From Rhodospirillales bacterium (GTDB lineage Bacteria > Pseudomonadota > Alphaproteobacteria > Rhodospirillales > UBA2165), in NCBI GenBank assembly GCA_046582495.1, contig JAYGEG010000160.1, forward strand, positions 81,236-145,235: a DNA stretch of 64,000 bases. Reading direction: 5' to 3'. This document shows, piece by piece, positions 8,881-17,683 of this stretch. Below the pieces are notes generated by a model. The model had not been told where the DNA came from, made no database searches, and saw only the letters and a program-made list of their open reading frames with translations. The stretch's first letter is position 1. Each line of letters starts with the position of its first letter. The translations under genes were made by a program, and so were the position numbers.

Positions 8881-10695
8881 ATGACAAACTCTGACCTCCA
8901 TCCGTTTCGTACCCATACTTGCGGCGAACTTCGTGAGCAACATACCGGCGAGACCGTTCGCCTGTCGGGCTGGGTCCACCGCAAGCGCGATCACGGCAAT
9001 CTCCTCTTTGTGGATTTGCGCGATCACTATGGCCTGACCCAATTGGTGATCGAAAATACCGGCGAAATCTTTGAAACGCTGGAAAAGGCGCGGCCTGAAA
9101 GTGTGATCACGGTAACGGGTACGTTGGAGAAACGCTCAGAGGATACGATCAACCCGGAACTGCCAACCGGCGAGATTGAGCTTCGGATTGAAGACATCAA
9201 TGTTGAAAGCCCAGCTGATGAGTTACCGATGCAGGTCTTTGGCGATGCAGATTTCCCCGAAGACATTCGGTTGCGGTATCGTTTTCTCGATCTACGCCGG
9301 GAAGAGGTGCATGCCAACATCGTGCTGCGCTCAAATGTGATCTCCTCGATCCGCCGGCGCATGACCGATAGCGGTTTCATCGAGATGCAGACGCCGATTT
9401 TGACAGCGACGTCGCCGGAAGGTGCCCGCGATTACTTGGTGGCAAGCCGCATCCATCCGGGCAAATTTTACGCGCTTCCTCAGGCCCCGCAGATTTTCAA
9501 ACAAATGCTGATGGTCTCGGGCTTTGATAAGTATTTTCAAATCGCGCCGTGTTTCCGAGATGAAGATGCCCGCGCTGATCGCTCGCCAGGTGAGTTCTAC
9601 CAATTGGATATTGAGATGTCTTTTGTCACGCAGGACGATGTCTTCAACGCGATTGAGCCGGTTCTTCACGGTGTTTTTGAAGAATTTGCCGGTGATCGTA
9701 AGGTATCGCCGCAGCCGTTTGAGCGGATTGCATATGCGGATTCTGTTCGCTGGTATGGATCAGACAAACCTGATTTGCGCAATCCTATCAAAATGGTTGA
9801 CGCGACGGACACGTTCCGGGGCTCCGGCTTTAAGATTTTTGCCGGTATGATCGAAAAGGACCCGAATGTAGAAGTTTGGGCCATTCCCGCCCCAACCGGC
9901 GGCAGCCGCGCCTTTTGTGACCGGATGAATTCCTGGGCGCAGGGCGAAGGTCAGCCGGGACTTGGCTATATTTTCTTCCGTGACGGCGAAGGCGCGGGGC
10001 CGCTCGCCAAAAACATCGGCCCGGAACGCACAGAAGCACTTCGGACAGAGCTTGGCCTTGAAGACGGAGATGCGATTTTCTTTGTCGCCGGCCAGCCCAA
10101 GACATTTGCCGCCTTTGCCGGGGCAGCCCGCATGCGCGTTGGCGAAGAGTTGGAGCTTTGTGAAAAAGACGTCTTTAAGTTCTGCTGGATCAATGATTAT
10201 CCAATGTATGAGATGGATGAAGATACCGGTCAGATTGAGTTTAGTCACAATCCATTTTCAATGCCGCAAGGCGGCATGGAGGCGCTTGAAAATAGTGACC
10301 CTTTGGAGATCCTCGCCTACCAATATGACATCGTGTGCAACGGCGTAGAGCTATCCTCCGGTGCCATTCGGAACCACCGTCCCGACATCATGTATAAAGC
10401 GTTCGAAATTGCCGGCTACTCCAATAGCGATGTTGAAGAGCAATTTGGCGGCCTGCTGAATGCCTTTAAATTTGGTGCACCGCCGCACGGTGGATCAGCG
10501 CCTGGCATTGATCGGATCGTCATGCTGTTGGCCGATGAGCCGAATATCCGCGAAGTCATTGCCTTCCCCATGAACCAGCAAGCTGAAGATTTGTTGATGA
10601 ATGCACCGGTTGAGATTACACCCGAGCGCTATAAAGAACTTCACATCAAAGCTGATTTACCCAAGGTGAAGAAAAAATACACCGACGAAGAATAG
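8881..10695 (+). CDS. aspS: Aspartate--tRNA ligase
   Basis: A full-length 604-aa class II aaRS with the bacterial AspRS insertion domain. Motifs: '[21 protein letters not shown]', '[13 protein letters not shown]'. Confidence 0.97.
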   Translation: MTNSDLHPFRTHTCGELREQHTGETVRLSGWVHRKRDHGNLLFVDLRDHYGLTQLVIENTGEIFETLEKARPESVITVTGTLEKRSEDTINPELPTGEIELRIEDINVESPADELPMQVFGDADFPEDIRLRYRFLDLRREEVHANIVLRSNVISSIRRRMTDSGFIEMQTPILTATSPEGARDYLVASRIHPGKFYALPQAPQIFKQMLMVSGFDKYFQIAPCFRDEDARADRSPGEFYQLDIEMSFVTQDDVFNAIEPVLHGVFEEFAGDRKVSPQPFERIAYADSVRWYGSDKPDLRNPIKMVDATDTFRGSGFKIFAGMIEKDPNVEVWAIPAPTGGSRAFCDRMNSWAQGEGQPGLGYIFFRDGEGAGPLAKNIGPERTEALRTELGLEDGDAIFFVAGQPKTFAAFAGAARMRVGEELELCEKDVFKFCWINDYPMYEMDEDTGQIEFSHNPFSMPQGGMEALENSDPLEILAYQYDIVCNGVELSSGAIRNHRPDIMYKAFEIAGYSNSDVEEQFGGLLNAFKFGAPPHGGSAPGIDRIVMLLADEPNIREVIAFPMNQQAEDLLMNAPVEITPERYKELHIKADLPKVKKKYTDEE

Positions 10696-10716
10696 GTATA
10701 AACCGTAACATTCTCG

Positions 10717-10801
10717 AACCGAATTTTTGCCTATCTAGTGTATGTGAATTGATCCACCTACTACCTACAGTGTCTTATAGTACAAAAACCGAATTTTTGC
10801 C
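10717..10801. repeat. Perfect 15-nt direct repeat (aaccgaatttttgcc) x2
   Basis: The copies lie at 10717-10731 and 10787-10801, a 70-nt period, in the aspS/lipoprotein intergenic region. Confidence 0.8.
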
Positions 10802-10916
10802 CTGCAGCCTGTTGTCAGCAATAAACAAAGGCGTCCATACTTCTGCCTAAGAGCGTGGATACATATCGCGCCGCCATTATACAAAATTTTTAAACAGGAA
10901 GCTTGAGGGGATTACC

Positions 10917-11486
10917 ATGAGACGGTGGCTGGGTGTCGTCTCCGCATTTATACTATCGATATTTGTCAGCGGATGCGCTCTCCCTGTCAGCGTGACGGTG
11001 GCATCCTGGGCGCTTGACGGTTTCAGCTACGTCGCGACCCAAAAATCAATCACAGATCACGGAATTTCTCTTCTTGCCGGTCAAGATTGCGCGCTCCATC
11101 GAATTGTTACCGAGATGGATCTTTACGCCTTATGCACCGATTACAAAGAAATCAAAGACAAGACAGCAGCCACGGCTATCGCTGATGCTTCAGAAATCAT
11201 TGAAACCGGCATTAATAAAAATAAAGTCGATGATATTTTTGAGGGATTTTCCCTGAAGGCTCCAACGCCTATCACAATACTTGAGCAGCATGAAGCTCAG
11301 TTTAAAGACCATGCCAAAGTCCAGATTAAAGAACCTTCCATAGAAGAAATCGCCAATTTCGAAACCGCTTCAGGCGGAAAAGACCTGAGTGATTTTGAAA
11401 AAATCGAAGACCCGGATGAACAAAGTAGTTTTGGGATAAAGGGTATTTGGAGTTTTATAAAGAAACTCCCGGACTTTATTACCTAA
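10917..11486 (+). CDS. Hypothetical lipoprotein
   Basis: It has a signal peptide with lipobox 'VSGC' and an acidic C-terminal half. I recognise no family. Confidence 0.5.
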   Translation: MRRWLGVVSAFILSIFVSGCALPVSVTVASWALDGFSYVATQKSITDHGISLLAGQDCALHRIVTEMDLYALCTDYKEIKDKTAATAIADASEIIETGINKNKVDDIFEGFSLKAPTPITILEQHEAQFKDHAKVQIKEPSIEEIANFETASGGKDLSDFEKIEDPDEQSSFGIKGIWSFIKKLPDFIT

Positions 11487-11488
11487 AT

Positions 11489-12010
11489 TTAATCAACACT
11501 CAGCTTTAAGGGCGGAAGCTTCAGCGGCACCTCAAAGGGTCTGTCCGGTATATCAACGTCTCGATTGATGGATGCATTTTTGAAGGCGTCGATGGTTTTA
11601 AAAGCGAGCGATTTTTTAGGCTGGCTTTCAATTTTTTCAAGCAGTGCGAGAATTTTTTGTGTGCGGACGATAATGTGCTCGGCATTTGCGGCGTGTGTCT
11701 TTTCGAATTTGAGGCGTTGACGCCAAACTTCAGCATAATTTCGCGGCCGGTCCGGCTCTGACCGCTTACCGGTTAAAGCGCCAATCGTAACGTCAAAATT
11801 TGGCATCATTTCGGGCTGAAACGATAAATCTGTGTGTTGGTCTGAGGTTAAATAGCCAGACTCGTAAAGCTCCGCACTTAAATCCACCATTTCTCGCGGC
11901 GAAATTGCCTGCAGGTTATAGCGGGCTGCTATGCCTCTCAATTCACCGGTCATTGAGGGGGGCGGGGCATCGAAATGGGGATATGTACGCAGATTAGACA
12001 GCTTGGGCAC
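11489..12010 (-). CDS. Hypothetical protein (co-oriented with and overlapping the GGDEF gene)
   Basis: A 173-aa ORF whose start overlaps the upstream GGDEF gene by 17 nt. No family recognised. Confidence 0.45.
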   Translation of the reverse strand: MPKLSNLRTYPHFDAPPPSMTGELRGIAARYNLQAISPREMVDLSAELYESGYLTSDQHTDLSFQPEMMPNFDVTIGALTGKRSEPDRPRNYAEVWRQRLKFEKTHAANAEHIIVRTQKILALLEKIESQPKKSLAFKTIDAFKNASINRDVDIPDRPFEVPLKLPPLKLSVD

Positions 12011-12851
12011 TTCCAGTCATCCGAGAGACAGCAGCAGTATCTGACGGCTGATTGTGAAGGGGTGATTTCAGTTGCATAGACCGCCGCCGGCGATTGCCTT
12101 CTGCTTCTTTAATCTGCTTGATTTTATACATGGCTTCATCAGCGCTTTGTAAAAGCTCATGTGCATTATCGCCGGATTGATAGGCCTGCATTCCGAAACT
12201 GGTTTGAATGTTTAATGTATGGCCTTCCCAAGTAAGTGATGCCTCGTTGAGAGCTCGATTGAGAGTCTCGGCGCGCTCCAATCCATTTTCGCGAGTGGTG
12301 TTTACCAATATGATTGCAAATTCATCGCCGCCTAGACGGCCGACAACGTCCATATCACGTGTCTGGTCCGTCAGAATACTTGCTACTTTTCGTAAAACCT
12401 CATCACCCGCCGCGTGGCCGAAAGAATCGTTGATCGGTTTAAACTCGTCGAGATCGATATACACCAACGCTCCATGCTCAATATTGCGTTGGGCGCGGGC
12501 CAATACTCGCTTGAGTTCAGCTTCGAAGCCGCGGCGGTTTAAAACGCCGGTCAATTCATCACTTGTCGCCAATTCTTCAAGATAGGCAATGCGCGTTGAT
12601 TGCTCGCTCAATTTGCCGCGCAGCGTTTCATTTTCTGAAAGCATGTGCGTAATAGCTTCCAACAAATCTGTTTCATCTACGATTTCATCGATTTTTTTGC
12701 CATTTACAATTATGGAGGCGGATGCGCCAAACGCGCAGAACCGTCGCGGTATTTCCGCGATATTATTTAGATGCCCTTTTATTTTATTTGAAAGCTGTTC
12801 AACTACCAATTTTGTTAACACGAAAGTTCCTTTCGAATTGCCTGCCAGCAA
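11994..12851 (-). CDS. Diguanylate cyclase (GGDEF domain) with an uncharacterised N-terminal coiled-coil region
   Basis: 'LTGVLNRRGF', 'GGDEF' ('RLGGDEFAIIL') and an RxxD I-site ('RDMD') five residues upstream of GGDEF. The start is a TTG at the ORF boundary and is uncertain. Confidence 0.85.
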   Translation of the reverse strand: MLAGNSKGTFVLTKLVVEQLSNKIKGHLNNIAEIPRRFCAFGASASIIVNGKKIDEIVDETDLLEAITHMLSENETLRGKLSEQSTRIAYLEELATSDELTGVLNRRGFEAELKRVLARAQRNIEHGALVYIDLDEFKPINDSFGHAAGDEVLRKVASILTDQTRDMDVVGRLGGDEFAIILVNTTRENGLERAETLNRALNEASLTWEGHTLNIQTSFGMQAYQSGDNAHELLQSADEAMYKIKQIKEAEGNRRRRSMQLKSPLHNQPSDTAAVSRMTGSAQAV

Positions 12852-13145
12852 CCTTCTTTATACGTGAGAGAAGTTACTTTCCGATTAACAATGCAAAGGA
12901 CGCGCCAAACTAAAAATTGTTTAATATCAATGCTTTATAATTATTTCATAAAGCAAAAATACACCCGTACTCAAACACTTTTACCGGCTCGGCAGAAGAA
13001 TCTGCCTGGCCTTGATTTTGAGATGGGGCCACACAACTTAAAAGCGCGAATGTGATCTAGAGTGTCGCCGCTTTATCTTGGCGCTTTTGGCTGGGATGAA
13101 CTAGGATAAAGCGACAGCATTTTTGACTTTTCGGATTCTTATTTC

Positions 13146-13952
13146 ATGCGCAATTTTTTAACGTTCATTTTATTTTCCACAGTACTCGGTGGTGCTTATT
13201 CGGCGGTGACCGAGGCTGCCAGTTTGGTCCCTCATCGGGCCGTGTATTCCATGAACCTTTCGAAATCGGGGTCCAATGGCGGATTGACCGGCGCGCGTGG
13301 TGTAATGACCTATGAATTCAAAGATCAGTGCGATGCCTGGACGGTGGAAAGCAAGGTCTACATGCGGTTGCGCTACGGCAATCATCCTGAAATCGAAAAT
13401 GTTCGCTCGATTGTGACCTGGGAAGCCAAAGACGGCTTGGGATTTCGTTTTCGCGTGAACGAGACGACCAACGGCAAAAAAACTGAAGAAATTAAAGGTG
13501 TCGCGGCGCTGGATGGCAGAGGGCTTGGCGGCGTTGCAGAATATACTCGGCCAACAGCACAGCGGGTTATTTTACCAAAAGGTACACTTTTCCCAACGGC
13601 TCATCTAAAAATTTTAATTCAACACTCAATTGATGGTGGAAAGCATATTACAAAGGCGATCTTCGATGGCGCGTCTTTGGATAATCCCTATGAGGTAAGT
13701 GCTGTCATCGGAGCTGGGGTAGGTAACAAAAAAATGCCGGCTCGACTGACCAAGGTTTTAAAAGAAGCCTTGAATTGGAAAATTCGGCTCGCTTATTTTC
13801 CTGTGAATGACTCCAAACAAACGCCAGATGTTGAATTGGGTATCGAAATGCGTGAGGACGGTATCGTAAATCGCATTCTCCAGGAATTTGGCAAATATTC
13901 GGTCGAGGCGCGTCTCGATCAAGTCGAGTTTCTCAAAACAAGCGGCTGCTAA
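13146..13952 (+). CDS. EipB / DUF1849-family periplasmic protein
   Basis: It has a signal peptide and 'PHRAVYSMNL' near the mature N-terminus. It carries one Cys near the N-terminus ('DQCDAW') and a C-terminal Cys, as in the disulfide described for Brucella EipB. Confidence 0.6.
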   Translation: MRNFLTFILFSTVLGGAYSAVTEAASLVPHRAVYSMNLSKSGSNGGLTGARGVMTYEFKDQCDAWTVESKVYMRLRYGNHPEIENVRSIVTWEAKDGLGFRFRVNETTNGKKTEEIKGVAALDGRGLGGVAEYTRPTAQRVILPKGTLFPTAHLKILIQHSIDGGKHITKAIFDGASLDNPYEVSAVIGAGVGNKKMPARLTKVLKEALNWKIRLAYFPVNDSKQTPDVELGIEMREDGIVNRILQEFGKYSVEARLDQVEFLKTSGC

Positions 13953-13983
13953 GGAATTAAGTAAGCTGTCCCCTTAATTCGAG

Positions 13984-15261
13984 CTATTCCTTCAACAAAG
14001 TCCGGCCTTTTTGAATGGCTGGACCGCCAAACTTCTCCCGCACCGAATCCATTGCTTTCTCGACTTTGGCGATGGTTTCTGCGCTGTTATCCAGGAGATC
14101 AGACAGGTCCGCATCTTCGGGCTTGGCAAACTGGCTGGTGCCGATTCCAATCAATCGATAGGGCGTGCCATTGACTTCCGGCTCTAGCAATATTTTGGCT
14201 TCGCGGTAGATAACTTCCGCCAATTGTGTCGGTTGGGGCAGGGTGCGTGATCGTGTGAGGCTTTTAAAGCCGCCGGTTTTAAGCTTCATGGTGATGGTGC
14301 GCGCCGCCAAATTCTTGGTCTTAAGCCGTTTGGCAACATTTTCGCAGAGTGGCCAAAGCCGAAACAGAAGACCCTCGATATCGCGAATATTCTCTGAAAA
14401 CGTCGTTTCGGAGGAAATGCTTTTGGCTTTTCCACCGGGCTCGACTTTCCGGCTATCTCTGCCATGTGACAAATTGGAGAGGCGCTTGCCCATCACACCA
14501 TAACGTTTGATGAGGTCGTCCTCCGGCATTTCTCGAAGCTGGCTGATCGTCGTCAGGCCATCGCGCTGCAAGCGACCACGGAGGGATTTTCCGACTCCCC
14601 AAATTGAGCCAACGGGGCGGGGACCTAAAAAATCCAGCGCTTCGGCTTCGCCAATGATCGCGAAGCCGCGCGGTTTGTCCAAATCAGATGCGGTTTTGGC
14701 GAGAAATTTATTGTAGCTCAGCCCAACCGAGGCTGTGACCCCGGCTTCCTCTTCAATGCGGCGTATCAGTTTGACCAAAGTCGCCGCCGGGCTGCCGCCA
14801 TGCAGCTTTTCGGTGCCGCTGAGATCCAAGAATGCTTCATCAATGGAGAGAGATTCCACCAATGGCGTTGTGTCGCGCATCATTTCTTTAATTTGCTGAC
14901 CGACTTCGTTGTATTTGTCGCGGCTTGGGCGAATGACGACTGCATCCGGGCAGGCTTTTAGAGCTTTATACATCGGCATGGCCGAATGTACGCCATTGAT
15001 GCGAGCGATATAGCAGCACGCTGCAACGACGCCCCGCCGGCCACCACCAACAATGACGGGTTTGTTTTTTAGCTCCGGGTTATCTCGTTTCTCAACACTT
15101 GCAAAAAAGGCGTCGCAATCGATATGGGCGATGGTGAGACTATCGAGTTCGGGGTGAGATATTAAGCGCGGCGAGCCACAAGAGCTACACCGCCCATCGT
15201 TGGGTGGCTTGTCAAAATGCTGGCCACATTCCCGGCAAATGCTTGGTATAGAACTCTGCAT
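13984..15261 (-). CDS. dinB: DNA polymerase IV with N-terminal CxxC...CxxC zinc-ribbon extension
   Basis: 'IAHIDCDAFFASVE', 'SIDEAFLD' and Y-family palm/little-finger features are present. The N-terminal 'CRECG...CSSCG' extension is common in alphaproteobacterial DinB. Confidence 0.9.
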   Translation of the reverse strand: MQSSIPSICRECGQHFDKPPNDGRCSSCGSPRLISHPELDSLTIAHIDCDAFFASVEKRDNPELKNKPVIVGGGRRGVVAACCYIARINGVHSAMPMYKALKACPDAVVIRPSRDKYNEVGQQIKEMMRDTTPLVESLSIDEAFLDLSGTEKLHGGSPAATLVKLIRRIEEEAGVTASVGLSYNKFLAKTASDLDKPRGFAIIGEAEALDFLGPRPVGSIWGVGKSLRGRLQRDGLTTISQLREMPEDDLIKRYGVMGKRLSNLSHGRDSRKVEPGGKAKSISSETTFSENIRDIEGLLFRLWPLCENVAKRLKTKNLAARTITMKLKTGGFKSLTRSRTLPQPTQLAEVIYREAKILLEPEVNGTPYRLIGIGTSQFAKPEDADLSDLLDNSAETIAKVEKAMDSVREKFGGPAIQKGRTLLKE

Positions 15262-16158
15262 TTAGGGTGCCTCTTTTGGCCAAAGCCACGCCGCACCGCG
15301 AGCGCCACTGGAATCACCGTGTTGATTTTTGACCAACCGGGTGGAAAGCTCATCTGAAAAGGCCCATTTCTGCCACAAAGAAGGCACGAGTTCGTAGAGC
15401 TTCTCAATATTGGAAAGACCGCCGCCCAGTACAATTATGTCAGGATCGATCACATTGATGACCGAAGCGAGAGCACGGGCGAGACGCTCGGCATACAGGC
15501 TGATTGCGAGGGTGGCAGCATCGTCACCCTGGTCTGCCAACGCCGCTATCTCTTCGGCAGTCTTACTTTTTGAGCCATAGTCATTAGACAATCCTGCTCC
15601 ATTGAGAAAGGTTTCAATGCAGCCGGTTTTACCGCAATAACACGCAGCACCCGGTCTTTCATCCTCCGCCATCCAGGGCAGCGGATTGTGACCCCATTCG
15701 CCGGCAATGGAATTTGGACCGCTGATGATATCGCCTTTGATAACAACGCCGCCGCCGACGCCGGTACCCAAAATAACGCCGAATACTATTGAGGCATCTT
15801 TGCCCGCCCCGTCAACGGATTCAGAAAGAGCAAAACAGTTGGCATCATTAGCGAGCTTAACTGGCCTTCCGAGCGCCGCCGATAAATCCTCATGCAAAGG
15901 CTTGCCGATCAACCAGGTCGAGTTTGCGTTTTTGACCAAACCACTGGCCGGAGAAATGGTGCCGGGGATGCCCATTCCAATGGACGCCTCTGGATGTTCG
16001 GATTGTTCAATTTGGCCAACAAGATCGACAATCGCTTGGATTGTCGCCTGATAGTCGCCTTGCGGCGAGGCCATACGTTGTCGTGCAATTTCCTGGCCGT
16101 CCGCTGCAAGACAAATAGCCTCAATTTTTGTGCCGCCAAGATCGATGCCAATACGCAT
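15262..16158 (-). CDS. ROK-family sugar kinase (N-acetylglucosamine kinase-like)
   Basis: 'MRIGIDLGGTK' and the ROK zinc motif 'CYCGKTGCIETFLNG' are present. Its stop codon directly abuts the dinB ATG (TAAATG on the minus strand). Confidence 0.8.
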   Translation of the reverse strand: MRIGIDLGGTKIEAICLAADGQEIARQRMASPQGDYQATIQAIVDLVGQIEQSEHPEASIGMGIPGTISPASGLVKNANSTWLIGKPLHEDLSAALGRPVKLANDANCFALSESVDGAGKDASIVFGVILGTGVGGGVVIKGDIISGPNSIAGEWGHNPLPWMAEDERPGAACYCGKTGCIETFLNGAGLSNDYGSKSKTAEEIAALADQGDDAATLAISLYAERLARALASVINVIDPDIIVLGGGLSNIEKLYELVPSLWQKWAFSDELSTRLVKNQHGDSSGARGAAWLWPKEAP

Positions 16159-16275
16159 TTATTTGTTCTCGTTGTGTTCGATATGCATTGTTGCCTGATT
16201 TTGATTGGAAAACAAGATCGTAGAAAGGTTTAGCGCAGGTTTATTTGACAAAAAGATAGGCTAGAAAGATAGTCC

Positions 16276-16316
16276 AAAAAGAAAGGATGCGACCCTCCAT
16301 ATGGTGGATCGCATCC
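16276..16316 (-). terminator. Rho-independent terminator downstream of the 70-aa ORF
   Basis: ggatgcga (16285-16292) pairs with tcgcatcc (16309-16316), with an inner ccatatgg palindrome. On the minus strand the hairpin is followed by tttcttttt. Confidence 0.6.
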
Positions 16317-16416
16317 CTTTCCCCCGTTCCCTTCTCAAGCAAGATCTTTAGTATTTAAAGATCAGCGAAAAGGGACCCCGTAGAATTCTTAAGTCATAAA
16401 TTTGCTGAGCTGACCG

Positions 16417-16629
16417 TTAGCTAACGGGACGAAACTCACCATTAATAAATCGAGCGCCCGGAAACCTGGTTTCTTCCTCCGGCGGTGTTAATTCCATAAC
16501 TTTGTGAATGCGACTGTTGATGAACTGCATTTCCGCAATGCGATGAGCAATGGTGCTATTTGGAGCGGAAACCATCCCAATGCGAGTTTCATCCGGTTGA
16601 TCTTCGTCTGTGTAATAGATCGTGTACAT
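16417..16629 (-). CDS. Small hypothetical protein (70 aa)
   Basis: The start is taken at 'MYTIYY' (ATG 16629), which has 'aaggggg' 8 nt upstream. The longer ORF to 16800 has no SD. No family recognised. Confidence 0.35.
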   Translation of the reverse strand: MYTIYYTDEDQPDETRIGMVSAPNSTIAHRIAEMQFINSRIHKVMELTPPEEETRFPGARFINGEFRPVS

Positions 16630-17234
16630 CTCAGCACACCCCCTTTGATCTAGTGGCCTGATAATCCTTCCATTTAGCCTTCCCGGTGAGATGTCTAAAT
16701 TAAGCGACATCCGAATAGTCTTTTTTGCTTTTACGTTCCCCCAAATCCCCAAATTAACTAGGCTCCCAGGTGATTCAGAAGGTGATAAGCTTGGAATCAT
16801 TGATATGCAAAATGCTGTAGGGTGTCAACGGGCTGCCTACTGCATTTAGTAGGATATACATCATATTGTGGCATAAATGACTCACCCTTGAATTTCAATT
16901 ACTCTTGGTTGATATCCTCTACGTCTGGGCCCTGTTTAATGGAGAAAGGGATTAAGTGATTCTTTTCAAAGGCTTATTTTCCCATTTGAGCCAATCAACT
17001 GAACAATAGATCATTGATTTCTTTCAAGAATTACGACTCCTACGAGTCTTTCGCCTGGGCTGAAATTTTCCTAAATTTTTTTAATTTTTCGTCAGAATAA
17101 TGAAAATTCTAGGTTGTAGAGCGGCGATAATTGCAAAAATTGCGATTTGGTTCGCAAACCAAGCATTTGGGAAACTTCCTGATGACTCATAGAAGTCACC
17201 AAAGGAATATAAAATCAAAGGAACAAGTGTTCAT

Positions 17235-17588
17235 ATGCAAATTCCAATAAAAGCAGATTGGACAACTCGAGAAGTGTTTAAGTCGTATGAACGTGATGAT
17301 ATGCAGTTTAGAAATACTCAAGTGCCGGTCAAACTCGTGCAATATTCAAACGAGCCATTAGTTTCGCGGTCTCAGGCCAAGAGGTTGTTGTCGAGATTTG
17401 ATGAAATTAATGAGGTTTTGCTGGATTTTCAGGGGATTGATGAAGTTGGTCGTGCCTTTATTGACGAGATTTTTCGGGTGTTTAGATTTGAAAACCCCAA
17501 AACAGTATTGACTTGGTTGAATGTTACAGAAGAAATCCATCAACTAATAAAAAATGCAATAGAAACGCCTGATGACACTTCTAAATAA
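17235..17588 (+). CDS. DUF4325 (STAS-like) domain protein, orphan
   Basis: 'SRSQAKRLLSRFDEINEVLLDFQGIDEVGRAFIDEIFRVF' matches my memory of the DUF4325 STAS-like family. No ATPase partner gene is adjacent. Confidence 0.5.
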   Translation: MQIPIKADWTTREVFKSYERDDMQFRNTQVPVKLVQYSNEPLVSRSQAKRLLSRFDEINEVLLDFQGIDEVGRAFIDEIFRVFRFENPKTVLTWLNVTEEIHQLIKNAIETPDDTSK

Positions 17589-17630
17589 AGTTTGCCCGCC
17601 TTGCCATAACCTTTTCCGACCTATAGGTTG

Positions 17631-17663
17631 CGCAACATTGTTTGCCTAACGAACAATGTTGCG
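17631..17663. repeat. Perfect 12-bp inverted repeat with 9-nt spacer
   Basis: cgcaacattgtt (17631-17642) and aacaatgttgcg (17652-17663). It lies 21 nt upstream of the GTG start of the MBL hydrolase and has no trailing T-run. Confidence 0.85.
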
Positions 17664-17683
17664 TGAAGGGCGTGTAAATACCC

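Noticed and set aside
9760-10248. A 162-aa minus-strand ORF inside aspS. Similar cases lie at 29273-29791 inside dxs, 57646-58131 inside the SBP gene, and 54974-55417 and 55653-56084 opposite the hydrolase and nnrS genes
   Set aside because: All lie antisense to confidently identified genes and lack any family resemblance. They are typical shadow ORFs for this GC content.
12864-13055. A 63-aa ORF in the GGDEF/EipB intergenic region
   Set aside because: It is highly basic and low-complexity, has no SD, and sits in a divergent promoter region with small hairpins.
16630-16800. The longer 127-aa version of the small minus-strand ORF
   Set aside because: It has no SD at 16800, and its N-terminal 57 aa are low-complexity (Ser/Pro/Gly). 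The internal ATG at 16629 has a good 'aaggggg' SD.
17100-17192. A 30-aa hydrophobic ORF (MKILGCRAAIIAKIAIWFANQAFGKLPDDS) considered as a possible type I toxin
   Set aside because: There is no SD, no obvious promoter or antisense partner, and it is short enough to arise by chance in AT-rich DNA.
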